From an uncultured Bacillota bacterium (lineage in GTDB: Bacteria; Sysuimicrobiota; Sysuimicrobiia; Sysuimicrobiales; Segetimicrobiaceae), in assembly GCA_963804645.1 (NCBI GenBank), contig CAWDRG010000009.1:864001-928000 (forward strand): a stretch of DNA of 64,000 nt, in the 5' to 3' direction. Shown in pieces: positions 1-9,466 of the stretch. The position numbers were made by a program, and so were the translations under genes. The notes below the pieces were generated by a model. It saw only the letters and a list, made by a program, of their open reading frames with translations. It made no database searches and had not been told where the DNA came from. How positions within the stretch are numbered: position 1 is the first letter of the stretch; each line of letters starts with the position of its first letter.

Positions 1-622
1 GCAGCCGCTGGCAGAACGACGCCGCTTCGGCCACGCTCAGCCGGTGGTGATACTCGACCCCCAGCACGGCGCCGCGGCCGACCGCCTCGCGCGCCGCGAT
101 CACCCATTCGACCGTCCGGTTGATGGATTCCCACGGCTCGAAGCGCGTCGGGTCCTCGGTCGGCGGCTCCGGCGGGTTGAGACGGATGCAGAACCATCCT
201 TGGTCCAGCACGGTTTTGGCGAGTTCCGCCATGCGCGCCGGAGTCGACGCCTTGACGGAGGCGAACGTGGGGATGAAGTCGCGCTGCCGTCCGCCCAGCA
301 GTTCGTAGACCGGCACGCCGAGCGCCTTGCCCTTGATGTCGTAGAGCGCGATGTCGATCGCCGCGATCGCGGCGGTCAGGACGCGGCCGCCTTCGAAATA
401 TTGGCTGCGGTACATCTCCTGCCACAGGGCTCCCGCGCGCATCGGGTCGCGCCCGATCAAGAACTGCGCGTAGTGTTCGATCGCCCCCATCACCGCCCGT
501 TCGCGGCTGATCATCCCGGATTCGCCCCAGCCGTAGATCCCCCGGTCGGTTTCGACCTTCACCAGCAGCTGGTTCCGGTCGCCGACGACGACGGGGAAAC
601 TCTTGATGGCGGTGATCTTCAC
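1..622 (-). CDS. Mandelate racemase/muconate lactonizing enzyme family acid-sugar dehydratase (galactonate dehydratase-like); 3' end lies outside the window
   Basis: Not in the ORF track; translated by hand from GTG at 622 (SD GGGAGG): MKITAIKSFPVVVGDRNQLLVKVETDRGIYGWGESG...QEMYRSQYFEGGRVLTAAIAAIDIALYDIKGKALGVPVYELLGG, the typical MR/MLE N-terminal domain. Confidence 0.88.
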   Translation of the reverse strand, partial: MKITAIKSFPVVVGDRNQLLVKVETDRGIYGWGESGMISRERAVMGAIEHYAQFLIGRDPMRAGALWQEMYRSQYFEGGRVLTAAIAAIDIALYDIKGKALGVPVYELLGGRQRDFIPTFASVKASTPARMAELAKTVLDQGWFCIRLNPPEPPTEDPTRFEPWESINRTVEWVIAAREAVGRGAVLGVEYHHRLSVAEAASFCQRL

Positions 623-723
623 GGACGCGACACCTCCCTAAGCTGCCCCTCGTGACTGCGCCGGTACTCGGCGGGCGGTGCTCCGAAGACAGACCTCACC
701 GCCCGCCGCGCGGCTTCTTCGGC

Positions 724-2049
724 TCAACTCTTCAGCGTCTTTTGGATGGCCGCCGCGCCGTCGGCGAGTCCCTGGGGAATGGTCTTCTGGCCCAAGACGA
801 TCGCCTGGGACGTTTCCAGGACGATGCGCATCTGGTCGGTGATGCCCGGGTTGGGCGTGATCCACCACTTGCCGCCCTCTTGCGCGGCCAGGAAGAACGG
901 CTTGTAGCGCGGGTCGGTGAACCGCGTGGCGTTTTCGGGCGCGTCGGGTTTGCGCGCCGATGGGTTGACCAGGAACGCCGTGATGTTCTCCGGGCGGTAC
1001 ATCCACTCGAGCAGGGCCCACGCGCCGTCCTTGTTCTTCGCCTGGGCCGGAATCGAAAAGGCGCTCACCGACATCGGCGTCCCGTAGTGACCGCCGCGCC
1101 CCTTGACCACAAACGTATTGTAGTGGTCGGGCCCGATCTTCGGCAGGATCGCCTTGATGACGAAGAACCCCGTCTGCATCATGGCGACCTTGCTGCCGCC
1201 GAACAGGGGGTACAGGTCCTGGTTCGTCGAGGCCATGCCCTGCTCCGGAGCGGCTTTGGCCTTCCAGATGTCGACGAAGAACTGGTAGGTCTCCGCCATC
1301 GCCGGCGAGTTGAACGTGCTGCGGGTCCCGTCCGCCGAGACCACCGCCGCCTCGTTCGGCAGCATGATCGGCGCCAGCCCCTCGAACATCCAGGTGTCGG
1401 GCGTCTTCATCGGCCACATGTACCCGAACAGCGACGGGTCCTTCGATTTTACTTCCAGGGCGGTCTGCTTGAGCTCCTCGACGGTCTCGGGGACCTTCGT
1501 GATCTTGAGCTTGTTGAAGAGGTCCTCGTTGTAGTAGGCGCCGCGGACCGACCAATCCTTGGGCAGGCCGTAGATCTTGCCCTTGTAGGTGACCTTCTCC
1601 CACGCGGTCGGCAGGAACTCGTCCTTTTTGATCACCTTGGAGCCGGCGATGTAATCGTCGAGGGGCTCCAGCCAGCCCTTCTCGACGTATTCGGGATATT
1701 TCGCCGGGTCGGCCCAGTACGTGTCCGGAGGGGCGCCCGAGTTGAGGAGGGTGATCACCTTATCCGGCCATTCCGGGTAGGGCACGCGGTCGACCTGCAC
1801 CTGAATGCCTGTCGTCTGCGTGTACTTGCTGAACACCCCGTCGGCCTGTTTCGTCAAGTCGTCGTTGATCGGCACGTCCAGGATCGACACTGTCTTGCTC
1901 GGGCTTGCGGCGGCCGACGTCGATGCCGGACGCAATGCCGGGACGGCGGCCGCCCCCAGTGCTCCCGCCGCCAGCGCCAGGACCCGGCGGCGCGTCAACG
2001 ACGGCGTGCTCGGAATCGCGTTCTTGCTCGTGCCTCGCACTCGCTTCAT
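724..2049 (-). CDS. Carbohydrate ABC transporter substrate-binding protein with Tat signal
   Basis: TRRRVLALAAG twin-arginine leader; family-1 SBP motifs (GKIYGLP, YYNEDLF, PETVEEL, AWALLEWM); start ATG 2049 has a GGAGGGAG SD. Confidence 0.9.
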   Translation of the reverse strand: MKRVRGTSKNAIPSTPSLTRRRVLALAAGALGAAAVPALRPASTSAAASPSKTVSILDVPINDDLTKQADGVFSKYTQTTGIQVQVDRVPYPEWPDKVITLLNSGAPPDTYWADPAKYPEYVEKGWLEPLDDYIAGSKVIKKDEFLPTAWEKVTYKGKIYGLPKDWSVRGAYYNEDLFNKLKITKVPETVEELKQTALEVKSKDPSLFGYMWPMKTPDTWMFEGLAPIMLPNEAAVVSADGTRSTFNSPAMAETYQFFVDIWKAKAAPEQGMASTNQDLYPLFGGSKVAMMQTGFFVIKAILPKIGPDHYNTFVVKGRGGHYGTPMSVSAFSIPAQAKNKDGAWALLEWMYRPENITAFLVNPSARKPDAPENATRFTDPRYKPFFLAAQEGGKWWITPNPGITDQMRIVLETSQAIVLGQKTIPQGLADGAAAIQKTLKS

Positions 2050-2137
2050 CGTCTCCCTCCTTCTCGACCGCGTCCTGAGGGCGCGGCAGGCGTGCTCGTC
2101 CTCCGATCCGGATCGCACCCTCCTTTGACCGCCGACG

Positions 2138-2974
2138 TCAGCCCTTCGTCGCACCTGCCGTGAGGCCCTGGACCAGGAACCGCTGCAGACAGAGGAACAG
2201 CGCCGTGATCGGCAGGGCCATCAACACCGCCATGGCGAGGAGCAGGTTCCAGTTGTAGACGAATTCCCCGATGAACGAGTAGAGGCCGACGGTCACCGTC
2301 CGGACCTCGTCTGTCGTGGTGAGGGTCAGCGCGAAAATAAACTCGTTCCACGTCACCAGCGACACGTAGACCGCCGTGGCCGCGAGGCCGGGGAGCGCGA
2401 GCGGCATGACGATCCGCCAGTACAGCTGGGCCCGGCTCGCGCCGTCCACGAGCGCCGCCGAGACGATTTCGAACGGGATGGTCCGCATATAGCCGGTCAG
2501 CATCCACACGGCCAGGGGCAGGGTGTAGGCGATATAGGTGATGATGAGCGCCTGCAGGCTGTTGAGGAGGCCGAGGGCGCCCCACGTTCGATAGAGCGGG
2601 ATGACGATGATCACGGCCGGAAAGAGCTGCGTCGCGAGCGTCGCCAGCACGATCGTCCGGCGCCCCCGGAACTGGTAGATGCTCAGCGCAAACGCGGCGG
2701 CCGACCCCAGCATCAGGTTGACGACCAACGTGATCGCGGTGATGACGATGCTGTTCAGGAAAAACCGGCGAATGACCGGACGCTGCAGCACATCGCTGAA
2801 GTTGGCGAGCGTCGGATGCAGGGGAATCAGATGGGGCGGGACCGCGAAGACCTCACGCGCGGACTTGAACGCACCGGAGAGCAGCCAGAGGTACGGGAAC
2901 AAGAAGATAACGAGCAGAGGGACTACGACAAGATAGACCCAGCCGCGGCGGAAGACGCGGGCCCAGGGGCGCAT
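2138..2974 (-). CDS. Carbohydrate ABC transporter permease (MalG-like)
   Basis: True start MRPWARV at 2974 overlaps the upstream stop; EAA-like loop IPFEIVSAALVDGASR, WNEFIFAL, ends QRFLVQGLTAGATKG. Confidence 0.92.
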   Translation of the reverse strand: MRPWARVFRRGWVYLVVVPLLVIFLFPYLWLLSGAFKSAREVFAVPPHLIPLHPTLANFSDVLQRPVIRRFFLNSIVITAITLVVNLMLGSAAAFALSIYQFRGRRTIVLATLATQLFPAVIIVIPLYRTWGALGLLNSLQALIITYIAYTLPLAVWMLTGYMRTIPFEIVSAALVDGASRAQLYWRIVMPLALPGLAATAVYVSLVTWNEFIFALTLTTTDEVRTVTVGLYSFIGEFVYNWNLLLAMAVLMALPITALFLCLQRFLVQGLTAGATKG

Positions 2975-3936
2975 CACAGCGCCTCCTCGCGGCCGCGGAG
3001 CCGGAGGAGCGCGGCGAGGTACGCGCCGATGAGCACGAGGGCGATCACGAACAGCATGACCGATCCCGCCGCTGCTCGGGGGAGGTGCGAGTCTTGAAAC
3101 GCCGTGAAGTAGACGTAGAGCGGCACCGTTTCGCTGGAGAGCAGCGGACCGCCGCCCGTGACTACGTAGATCGTGTCGAAGTTGTTGCTCGCCCAGATGA
3201 TATCGAGCAGGAGCACCATCACGATCACGGGCTGGAGTTGGGGCAGCACGACGGACCAGAACCGCTGCCATGATCTGGCGCCATCCACCACCGCGGCTTC
3301 GATCATTTCCCTGGGCACCGCCTGAAGCGCGCCGAGCAGCATGATCATGTAGAAGCCGTAGGTGCGCCAGACCTGCACCATCATCGCCGAGAAGAGCGAC
3401 ACGCTCGGGTTTGTGATCCACCCGCTGGCCAGAAACCCGAGTCCGAACCGCTGCAAGCCCAGATTGATGATGCCGTAGTCCGTGTTGTACATGTACCGCC
3501 AGATGATGGCGGAGGCGATGCTGGGCGTCAGCCACGGGATCAAAAACAGCACACGGGTCACGTTGACTCCCGGAAACGGAACATTAAGCAGGAGCGCCAG
3601 TCCAAGGCCGATGCCGAAGGACAGCGCGACCACTCCGCCGGTCCACATGAGGGTATGGCCGACCGACGCCGCGAACGCGGGATCGGATGCGATCGCGGCG
3701 TAGTTGCTGAACCCGACAAAAGGCGGGGCGTGGCCGACCGGCGCCTCACCGTAGAAGCTCGTGACGAGGTTGTACATGAGCGGGTACGCGCTGATGCCGA
3801 ACATGACGCCGTAGGCGGGAAGCAACCAGCCGGCCAGCCCGAATCTCCGCTGCAGATCCGCCAGTCGCAGACCGGCCGGAGCCTCCGCCGCGCCGGCCCG
3901 CGTCCTCGCGTCTGCCACGTTCGACCCGCCTCTCAT
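2974..3936 (-). CDS. Carbohydrate ABC transporter permease (MalF-like)
   Basis: FVGFSNY, EAA loop EMIEAAVVDGARSWQRF, FDTIYVVTGGGP; alternative GTG start at 3918. Confidence 0.92.
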   Translation of the reverse strand: MRGGSNVADARTRAGAAEAPAGLRLADLQRRFGLAGWLLPAYGVMFGISAYPLMYNLVTSFYGEAPVGHAPPFVGFSNYAAIASDPAFAASVGHTLMWTGGVVALSFGIGLGLALLLNVPFPGVNVTRVLFLIPWLTPSIASAIIWRYMYNTDYGIINLGLQRFGLGFLASGWITNPSVSLFSAMMVQVWRTYGFYMIMLLGALQAVPREMIEAAVVDGARSWQRFWSVVLPQLQPVIVMVLLLDIIWASNNFDTIYVVTGGGPLLSSETVPLYVYFTAFQDSHLPRAAAGSVMLFVIALVLIGAYLAALLRLRGREEAL

Positions 3937-4061
3937 CGGGCCCCGATGAGCGGGATCCGATCCCGGAGATTTCGAACGCCCGGCCAGACCGGAGGGTTCG
4001 CTCGCCCGCGCGTGTGATACTGCGTGGACCGCACGATAGCACAGACGCGCCGGTCCATGGG

Positions 4062-4898
4062 TTAGTTTCCCTCCCGCTCGTGGAACAGGGGTTGCCCTCG
4101 GACGCCGACATCCAGGCGGAACACCGCCCCGGTTTCGTCCTCCGTCACGTACAGCGAGTGGTTCCAGAACGCCACGTTTGACGGCAGGGAGCCGCCCGCC
4201 GGAAGACGCGCGACCAGTCGCCCCGCGGGATCGACAACCGCAATGATCCCGGTGGGGCGGTGGGTCACGTAGAGATTGCCGTCGGCCCCAACGGCCATGC
4301 CGTCGGGGCCGAGCCCGTCGGTAAACTGGAAGAGCACCCGCTCCTGACCCAAGGTGCGATCGCGCCGAATGGGAAATGAGGACACGCGGTTTGACCCAGT
4401 CTCAGCCACAAACAACATGTCCTCGGCATCGTTCAGCGCGAGCCCGTTGGGATACAGCTGCCCAGACGTCAGCAGGCTCAAGCCGTCCCGACTCCAGCGA
4501 AACACCGCGCCGGGCGCCGTGGCCTCCCCGGCACCGGGATCAGTGAAGTACAGTTCACCGTTCCGGTCAAAGATCAGATCGTTCGGCCCGAGTAGGGCCT
4601 GACCGTCGAAGGCGTCGATGACGACGGTGAGCGCTCCAGACGGATCGGCGGCCAGGATCTGCCGCCGCACCATGTCCGCGATGAACAGGCGTCCGTCGCG
4701 GTGGAACTTGGTCCCGTTGGGCTTGCCGTCGGTGGTCACGAACCGCGAGGAACGACCGTCGGGCGTCACCTTGACGATAAACCCGTCCCGGCGGTTGCAG
4801 ACAAACAGGTTTCCTGCCGGGTCGAAGCTGGGACCTTCCGGGAACCGCTGCCCTCCGACAAACAACGCGGGGATCACACCGCTCAGCGGACTCACCAC
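4062..4898 (-). CDS. SMP-30/gluconolactonase/LRE family protein
   Basis: FPEGPSFD, KPNG, GPNDL, YPNGLAL, GPDGMAVGADGNLYV, PSNVAF beta-propeller motifs; start is approximate (GTG 4898/4895). Confidence 0.88.
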   Translation of the reverse strand: MVSPLSGVIPALFVGGQRFPEGPSFDPAGNLFVCNRRDGFIVKVTPDGRSSRFVTTDGKPNGTKFHRDGRLFIADMVRRQILAADPSGALTVVIDAFDGQALLGPNDLIFDRNGELYFTDPGAGEATAPGAVFRWSRDGLSLLTSGQLYPNGLALNDAEDMLFVAETGSNRVSSFPIRRDRTLGQERVLFQFTDGLGPDGMAVGADGNLYVTHRPTGIIAVVDPAGRLVARLPAGGSLPSNVAFWNHSLYVTEDETGAVFRLDVGVRGQPLFHEREGN

Positions 4899-5181
4899 GG
4901 TGCCAGCCCTTCGTAGCCTGCGGCGAGGTCTTGGACCAGCGCATCGGCGCTCACGCCAACTGTGCTGCCGGGCGTGGGAAGACACCACCCGAGCAGACCA
5001 ACCGGGCGCCCCAGATGGGCCAGTCCAGGACACCCCAAGGCTCCCGACGCGGCAGCTCGCATCCCAGCCTCCACCACGTTTCGGCCACCCCTTTGAGCCA
5101 GTGCGCGCGGCTCCGACGAACAGGGTCGGGTGCGCGCGTATCCGGGACGCTCAGCCGTTTCGCATGCGTATCAGTGGTGCG

Positions 5182-6006
5182 CTACTCCGAGTAGCCGAGT
5201 TGAACCGATACTGCCGCGGCAGCGGCCTTTACCTGAGCGATGTAGTGCACGAGGTTGGGGCCATCGAACTCTCCCGTCGGCCCCGAGACATTGAGGGCGG
5301 CCGCGACGCGCCCGGTGTGGTTCCGGATCGGCGCCGCGATGCAGCGAACGCCCACCATCGTTTCCTCGTCGTCTGTGGCATAGCCCTGCGCGCGCACCAG
5401 CACGAGTTGCTCCTTGATCTGGCGGACGTCGGTCGTAGTCTTCAAACTGAGCGGTTGGGGAGGGTGTGCCGTGAGAAAGCCCTCCAATTCAGCCGGTGAC
5501 AGGTCGCCGAGGAGCGCTTTCCCCAGGCTGGTACAGTGTGCCGCATACCGCTCGCCCAACATCACATGGCGCCTGAGCGAGCGCGGTGGGTAGGCGACCG
5601 CGAGGACTACCACGTCGCCGTTGTCCAGCATTCCCAATTCCGAAGTTTGGCCACAGTCCCGAGCGAGTCTCTGAAGCTGTGGCTCGGCCATCTGAGTGAG
5701 AAAGTGAGAGCTCTGGTACGCTGCCGCGAGTTCGAGCGCCTTGAGGCCAAGCCGATACAGCGGCTCGTCGCCTGACCGCTCGACGAAGTTCATCTGTTCC
5801 AGTCCCCGCAGAAGCCTGAGGGCCGTGGCTTTGTCGAGGTTTGTGGCTTTGGCAAGGTCGGCCAGGGAGAGTTCGGGCCTGTGTGCCGAGAAGCAGCTCA
5901 GCAAGCCAAGACCGCGCTCGAGGGCACGGGTACGATACGTCTCCGCCGGACGGCGCTGTGTCCGAATCGGCGGGGCAGCCTTGATATTCGTGAAACGCTG
6001 TTTCAT
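5182..6006 (-). CDS. IclR family transcriptional regulator
   Basis: ALERGLGLL..LSLADLAKATNLDKATALRLL HTH; AHCTSLGKALL; GYATDDEETMVGVRCIAAPI IclR signature. Confidence 0.95.
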   Translation of the reverse strand: MKQRFTNIKAAPPIRTQRRPAETYRTRALERGLGLLSCFSAHRPELSLADLAKATNLDKATALRLLRGLEQMNFVERSGDEPLYRLGLKALELAAAYQSSHFLTQMAEPQLQRLARDCGQTSELGMLDNGDVVVLAVAYPPRSLRRHVMLGERYAAHCTSLGKALLGDLSPAELEGFLTAHPPQPLSLKTTTDVRQIKEQLVLVRAQGYATDDEETMVGVRCIAAPIRNHTGRVAAALNVSGPTGEFDGPNLVHYIAQVKAAAAAVSVQLGYSE

Positions 6007-6047
6007 ATACGTACGCTATACTAAACGGTCGATCACGCTGCGGTCAA
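5991..6047 (-). promoter_or_regulatory. Sigma70-like promoter of the IclR gene plus palindromic operator overlapping its start
   Basis: Minus strand TTGACC(6047-6042)-18 nt-TAGTAT(6023-6018); palindrome TGAAAC-GCT-GTTTCA at 5991-6005. Confidence 0.55.
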
Positions 6048-6207
6048 GAGCTTTGATCCTCAAAGTCGGGTCATCGAACGGGGCTTCGATTGCTCGCCCG
6101 TGAGAGGCCCGCCAGTGGCCCCCTCTTGTTCGATCTACTCACCGTTTCGAGCACCGTGACGCGGTATGGTACGCTCAGGTGTGCGGTACACGCTTTGGAG
6201 CCGAGGC

Positions 6208-6819
6208 ATGAGGTTTCTTGCAGTCAGCGACGAGATCGACGAGCAACTTCTAGCGCCCACCCCTCCTGAACGGGCCGCTGGCGCGCGTTTCATCGTGTCC
6301 TGCGGCGATCTTCCGAGCGACTACCTGGAAAGCCTCGCCGATCGGTTCCGGGTGCCCCTGCTCTACGTCCGCGGGAATCACGACAGCCGGTACGAGAATC
6401 CGCCGCCCGGTGACGACATCGACGGGCGCATCGTGACCGTCGACGGGGTGCGGCTGCTCGGGTTCGAGGGGTGCATGTGGTACAACGGCGAGGGAGTGCA
6501 GTACACCGAGCAGCAGATGTGGTGGCGCGTGCTGCGTGCGCGCGCGGCGGCGTTGGGATCGCGGGGCGTCGATATCGTGGTCGCGCACGCGTCGCCCTTC
6601 GGCGTGCACGACGGTCGTGATCGGGCGCACACCGGGTACCGGGCGTTCTTGAGCGTGCTGCGCGCGCTGCGGCCGCGATATTTCGTGCACGGACACAACC
6701 ATCTGTCCTACGTGCCGAAGGGGACCCGCGTCACGACCGTAGGGGAGACGCAGGTGGTCAACGCGTTCCGGTCAATCGTGCTCGAGATCGACAAGACGCC
6801 CGCCGGCCGCCCGTCATGA
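6208..6819 (+). CDS. Calcineurin-like metallophosphoesterase
   Basis: Motifs VSD, SCGD, VRGNHD, AHASP, HGHNH; ATG at 6208. Confidence 0.88.
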   Translation: MRFLAVSDEIDEQLLAPTPPERAAGARFIVSCGDLPSDYLESLADRFRVPLLYVRGNHDSRYENPPPGDDIDGRIVTVDGVRLLGFEGCMWYNGEGVQYTEQQMWWRVLRARAAALGSRGVDIVVAHASPFGVHDGRDRAHTGYRAFLSVLRALRPRYFVHGHNHLSYVPKGTRVTTVGETQVVNAFRSIVLEIDKTPAGRPS

Positions 6820-7628
6820 CAGAGCGGCGGCTGAAGGAGTTCGAAGAGGTTCAGCGGGCCCGCCACGCGCTGACCGCGCGCCCCCTCGGCATCATTCCGG
6901 TGCCGCTCGAAGAGATCGTCGGTAGCGTCGGCCGCGCGCGCTACTTTCCAAAGGGGCTCCGGTCCGGGAGCGGCCTGACGCCCTCGCGCGTGAAGCGGTT
7001 GGTGGCGGCGCTGGACCGGGGCGAGATACTCCCCGCCGTGGAGCTCTACCGGATCGGAGACGAATACTTCGTCGCGGACGGCCATCACCGGGTCGCGGCG
7101 GCTCGGCTCGCCGGCGCCGCGGAAATCGACGCCGATGTGACGGTGTACTTGCCCGAGACCCGCCGGCCGGAGGACGTCATCGCGCGCGAGCGCCTGCTCT
7201 TCGAGCAGCGCACCGGCATCACGACGATCGTGCTGCACGAGGTCGGACAGTACCCGAAGCTGGAGCGCTGGATCGCCGACGTCGCGCGGCAGCGCGGACG
7301 GGGTTCGTTTCGCAGCGCGGCGAGAGAGTGGTACGCGCGCGAGTACATGCCCACCGTCGAGGGCCCGCACTTCCGGCGTGTGCTTCGGCGGTTTCCGGGA
7401 CGGTCGCCCGGCGATGTGTTCGTGTACCTCGGCGATCACAAGTGGATCATGAGCAAGGCCGCCGGACGCGACGTCGGCATGCAGGCCGCATTGGAGGACT
7501 TCGAGCGCCGGGTGGCCCAGCCCGGCCCCCGCGCCTTCGCGCGCTGGCTGGAGGAGCTGGCCGCTCTGCTCCCGCGGATCGCCCGGAAGACGATCCGAAT
7601 GGCTCGGCCGAGGGGCGGGCGGCGGTAG
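6816..7628 (+). CDS. ParB/Srx-like N-terminal domain plus DUF4032-like C-terminal domain protein
   Basis: VPLEEIVGSVGR, LPAVELYRIGDEYFVADGHHRVAAAR (ParB/Srx DGHHR motif); C-terminal WY..EY.P..DVFVYLGDHKWIMSKAAGRDV; ATGA overlap with the upstream gene. Confidence 0.72.
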   Translation: MTERRLKEFEEVQRARHALTARPLGIIPVPLEEIVGSVGRARYFPKGLRSGSGLTPSRVKRLVAALDRGEILPAVELYRIGDEYFVADGHHRVAAARLAGAAEIDADVTVYLPETRRPEDVIARERLLFEQRTGITTIVLHEVGQYPKLERWIADVARQRGRGSFRSAAREWYAREYMPTVEGPHFRRVLRRFPGRSPGDVFVYLGDHKWIMSKAAGRDVGMQAALEDFERRVAQPGPRAFARWLEELAALLPRIARKTIRMARPRGGRR

Positions 7629-7764
7629 CATGCGGGCACCGCGCCCCCGACGTGCGCGTCCACGAGTTGGATTCGTTCGCGGGTTACACGAGCGTCTGCC
7701 GCTGTCGTCTCACGACTAACCACTAACCACGACTGCTTCCGGTGCACGTATCAGAGAGGCGAAG

Positions 7765-9240
7765 TCAGCCGGGCCATGTCCGTAGCGTTGCGCGCACGCC
7801 GGTTTCGGTGAGGCTGCGGAGCGCCGCTGAGACCAGCGTGACGAATGCCTCGTGCGCGACGAGGTCGCTGCTGCCGAGATCGGGCAGCCCGAATACCGCC
7901 TTCACCTGTCCCTCAGGATCCGACGTGCTGGAGACGAGTGCCCGCAGCCGGTCGGCGCGGGGGTCGATGAGGGGCAGCGCGGTGCCGTCGTCGGCCCGCC
8001 CTCCACAGAAGCGGATCCACGCCGCGAGGCTGAGTGCGATGCGCACCGGCGACCGCCCGCGTGCGAGCAGCACGCGCGCCGGCTCCAGCAGGCGCTGCGG
8101 CAGCTTCTGCGAGCCGTCCTCGGCGATGCGTGCGGTGCGATCCCGCAGCGCGGGGTTGGCGAAGCGCGTCAACAGGGTGGCGCAGTATCCGGCCAGATCA
8201 ACGCTTGGCGGAAGCGACAGCGTCGGGACCAGCTCGGCCATCAACGCCCGGATATGCGCGGCGAGCGCCGGCTCCCCAATGGCTTCCGGCACCGTCGCCC
8301 AGCCGGCGAGCTGGCCGAGATAGGCGATGCTCGAGTGGCTGCCGTTCAGCAGACGCAGCTTCATCTGCTCCCATGGGTGCACGTCCGTCACCATGGTGGC
8401 GCCCGCGGCCTCCCAATCTGGGCGTCCGGCGGGGAAGCGGTCTTCCACCACCCACTGCGTGAACGGCTCGGTGACGACGGGCCAGGCGTCCTCGACACCG
8501 AGGGCCGCGGAGACGTGCGCGCGGTCCTCGGGCCGCGTGGCGGGCACGATCCGGTCCACCATGCAGGAAGGACACGCCACCTTCTCCTCGATCCAGCGCG
8601 CCAGCTCGGGGTCCTGCAGGCCGGCAAACTGCACGAGCACGCGGCGAAGCGTGGCCCCGTTGGCGGGCAGGTTGTCGCAGGACAGCGCGGCGAAGGGCGC
8701 CGCGCCCGCCGTGCGTCGCGCGCGTACCGCGGCCACGAGCATGCCGTGCACGCTGCGCGGCGCCTCGGGGTGGGCGAGGTCGTGGCGAATCGTGGGGTCC
8801 GTCTCGTCGAGGTCGCCGCTCGCGGCGGCCCGGCAGTAGCCCTTCTCCGTCACCGTGAGCGACACGATGCGCACCTCGGGCATCGCCATGCGCGAGATCA
8901 GTTCCTGCGGGCTCTCCGAGGCGACCAGCACGCCGGTCAGCGCACCGATCACCCGAAGCCGCTCTCCCGAGGCGTCCCGCTCGACCAGCGTGTAGAGCCA
9001 GTCCTGCGGTGCCAGCGCGTCGCGCGTGTCGGGACGGCGCGGGCTCACACCGAGGATCCCCCAGCGCGGGTCCGCGGCCAGCACCGCGTCCGTGTATACG
9101 GCTTGGTGCGCGCGATGAAAGGCGCCAAGGCCAAGATGGACGATGCCCGTGCGCACCGAGGAGAGATCGTAGCGCGGCCGCGCCACCGCTGCCGGCAGCT
9201 GCGTCAGCGTCGCGCGGGACAATCGCGCCAACGCCGTCAT
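7765..9240 (-). CDS. Mannitol dehydrogenase family protein (D-mannonate oxidoreductase/fructuronate reductase-like)
   Basis: GIVHLGLGAFHRAHQAVY, SLTVTEKGY, LSCDNL, MVDRIVP, EPFTQWVVED, MKLRLLNGSH, DGSQKLPQR. Confidence 0.93.
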   Translation of the reverse strand: MTALARLSRATLTQLPAAVARPRYDLSSVRTGIVHLGLGAFHRAHQAVYTDAVLAADPRWGILGVSPRRPDTRDALAPQDWLYTLVERDASGERLRVIGALTGVLVASESPQELISRMAMPEVRIVSLTVTEKGYCRAAASGDLDETDPTIRHDLAHPEAPRSVHGMLVAAVRARRTAGAAPFAALSCDNLPANGATLRRVLVQFAGLQDPELARWIEEKVACPSCMVDRIVPATRPEDRAHVSAALGVEDAWPVVTEPFTQWVVEDRFPAGRPDWEAAGATMVTDVHPWEQMKLRLLNGSHSSIAYLGQLAGWATVPEAIGEPALAAHIRALMAELVPTLSLPPSVDLAGYCATLLTRFANPALRDRTARIAEDGSQKLPQRLLEPARVLLARGRSPVRIALSLAAWIRFCGGRADDGTALPLIDPRADRLRALVSSTSDPEGQVKAVFGLPDLGSSDLVAHEAFVTLVSAALRSLTETGVRATLRTWPG

Positions 9241-9466
9241 CCGCCGTACCGCCGCGCCGCCCACTCCCGGAATCCGGGGTCGGGCACCGACGGGTGCCGC
9301 TCGGACGGGCCGAGATCGTGACCGTGCACGCGTCCGGGTTCCCAGAAGCGCGGCCGGCCGATGGGTCCCGTTAGCACAAGGAGACGGTGTGGACGCATAG
9401 ACAGCCGTTCAATTCGAGCCAGCACTCGTGAGCACCACCATCATGGACAATTCCGGCCGCCGCCTC

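Noticed and set aside
44..655. Plus-strand 203-aa ORF from the track
   Set aside because: It is antisense to the clear enolase-superfamily gene on the minus strand.
2138..3535. Apparent long N-terminal extensions or fusions in track ORFs (also 17692, 20441, 27695-29776, 37777, 45511-46965)
   Set aside because: The extensions overlap upstream genes in another frame; real starts with SD or stop-start overlaps lie internally.
6816..7628. Chromosome or plasmid partition locus
   Set aside because: No ParA, no HTH and no parS-like repeats are seen; only the ParB/Srx catalytic motif is present.
7714..7728. Short ACTAACC tandem repeat
   Set aside because: Only two units; not a CRISPR or iteron array.
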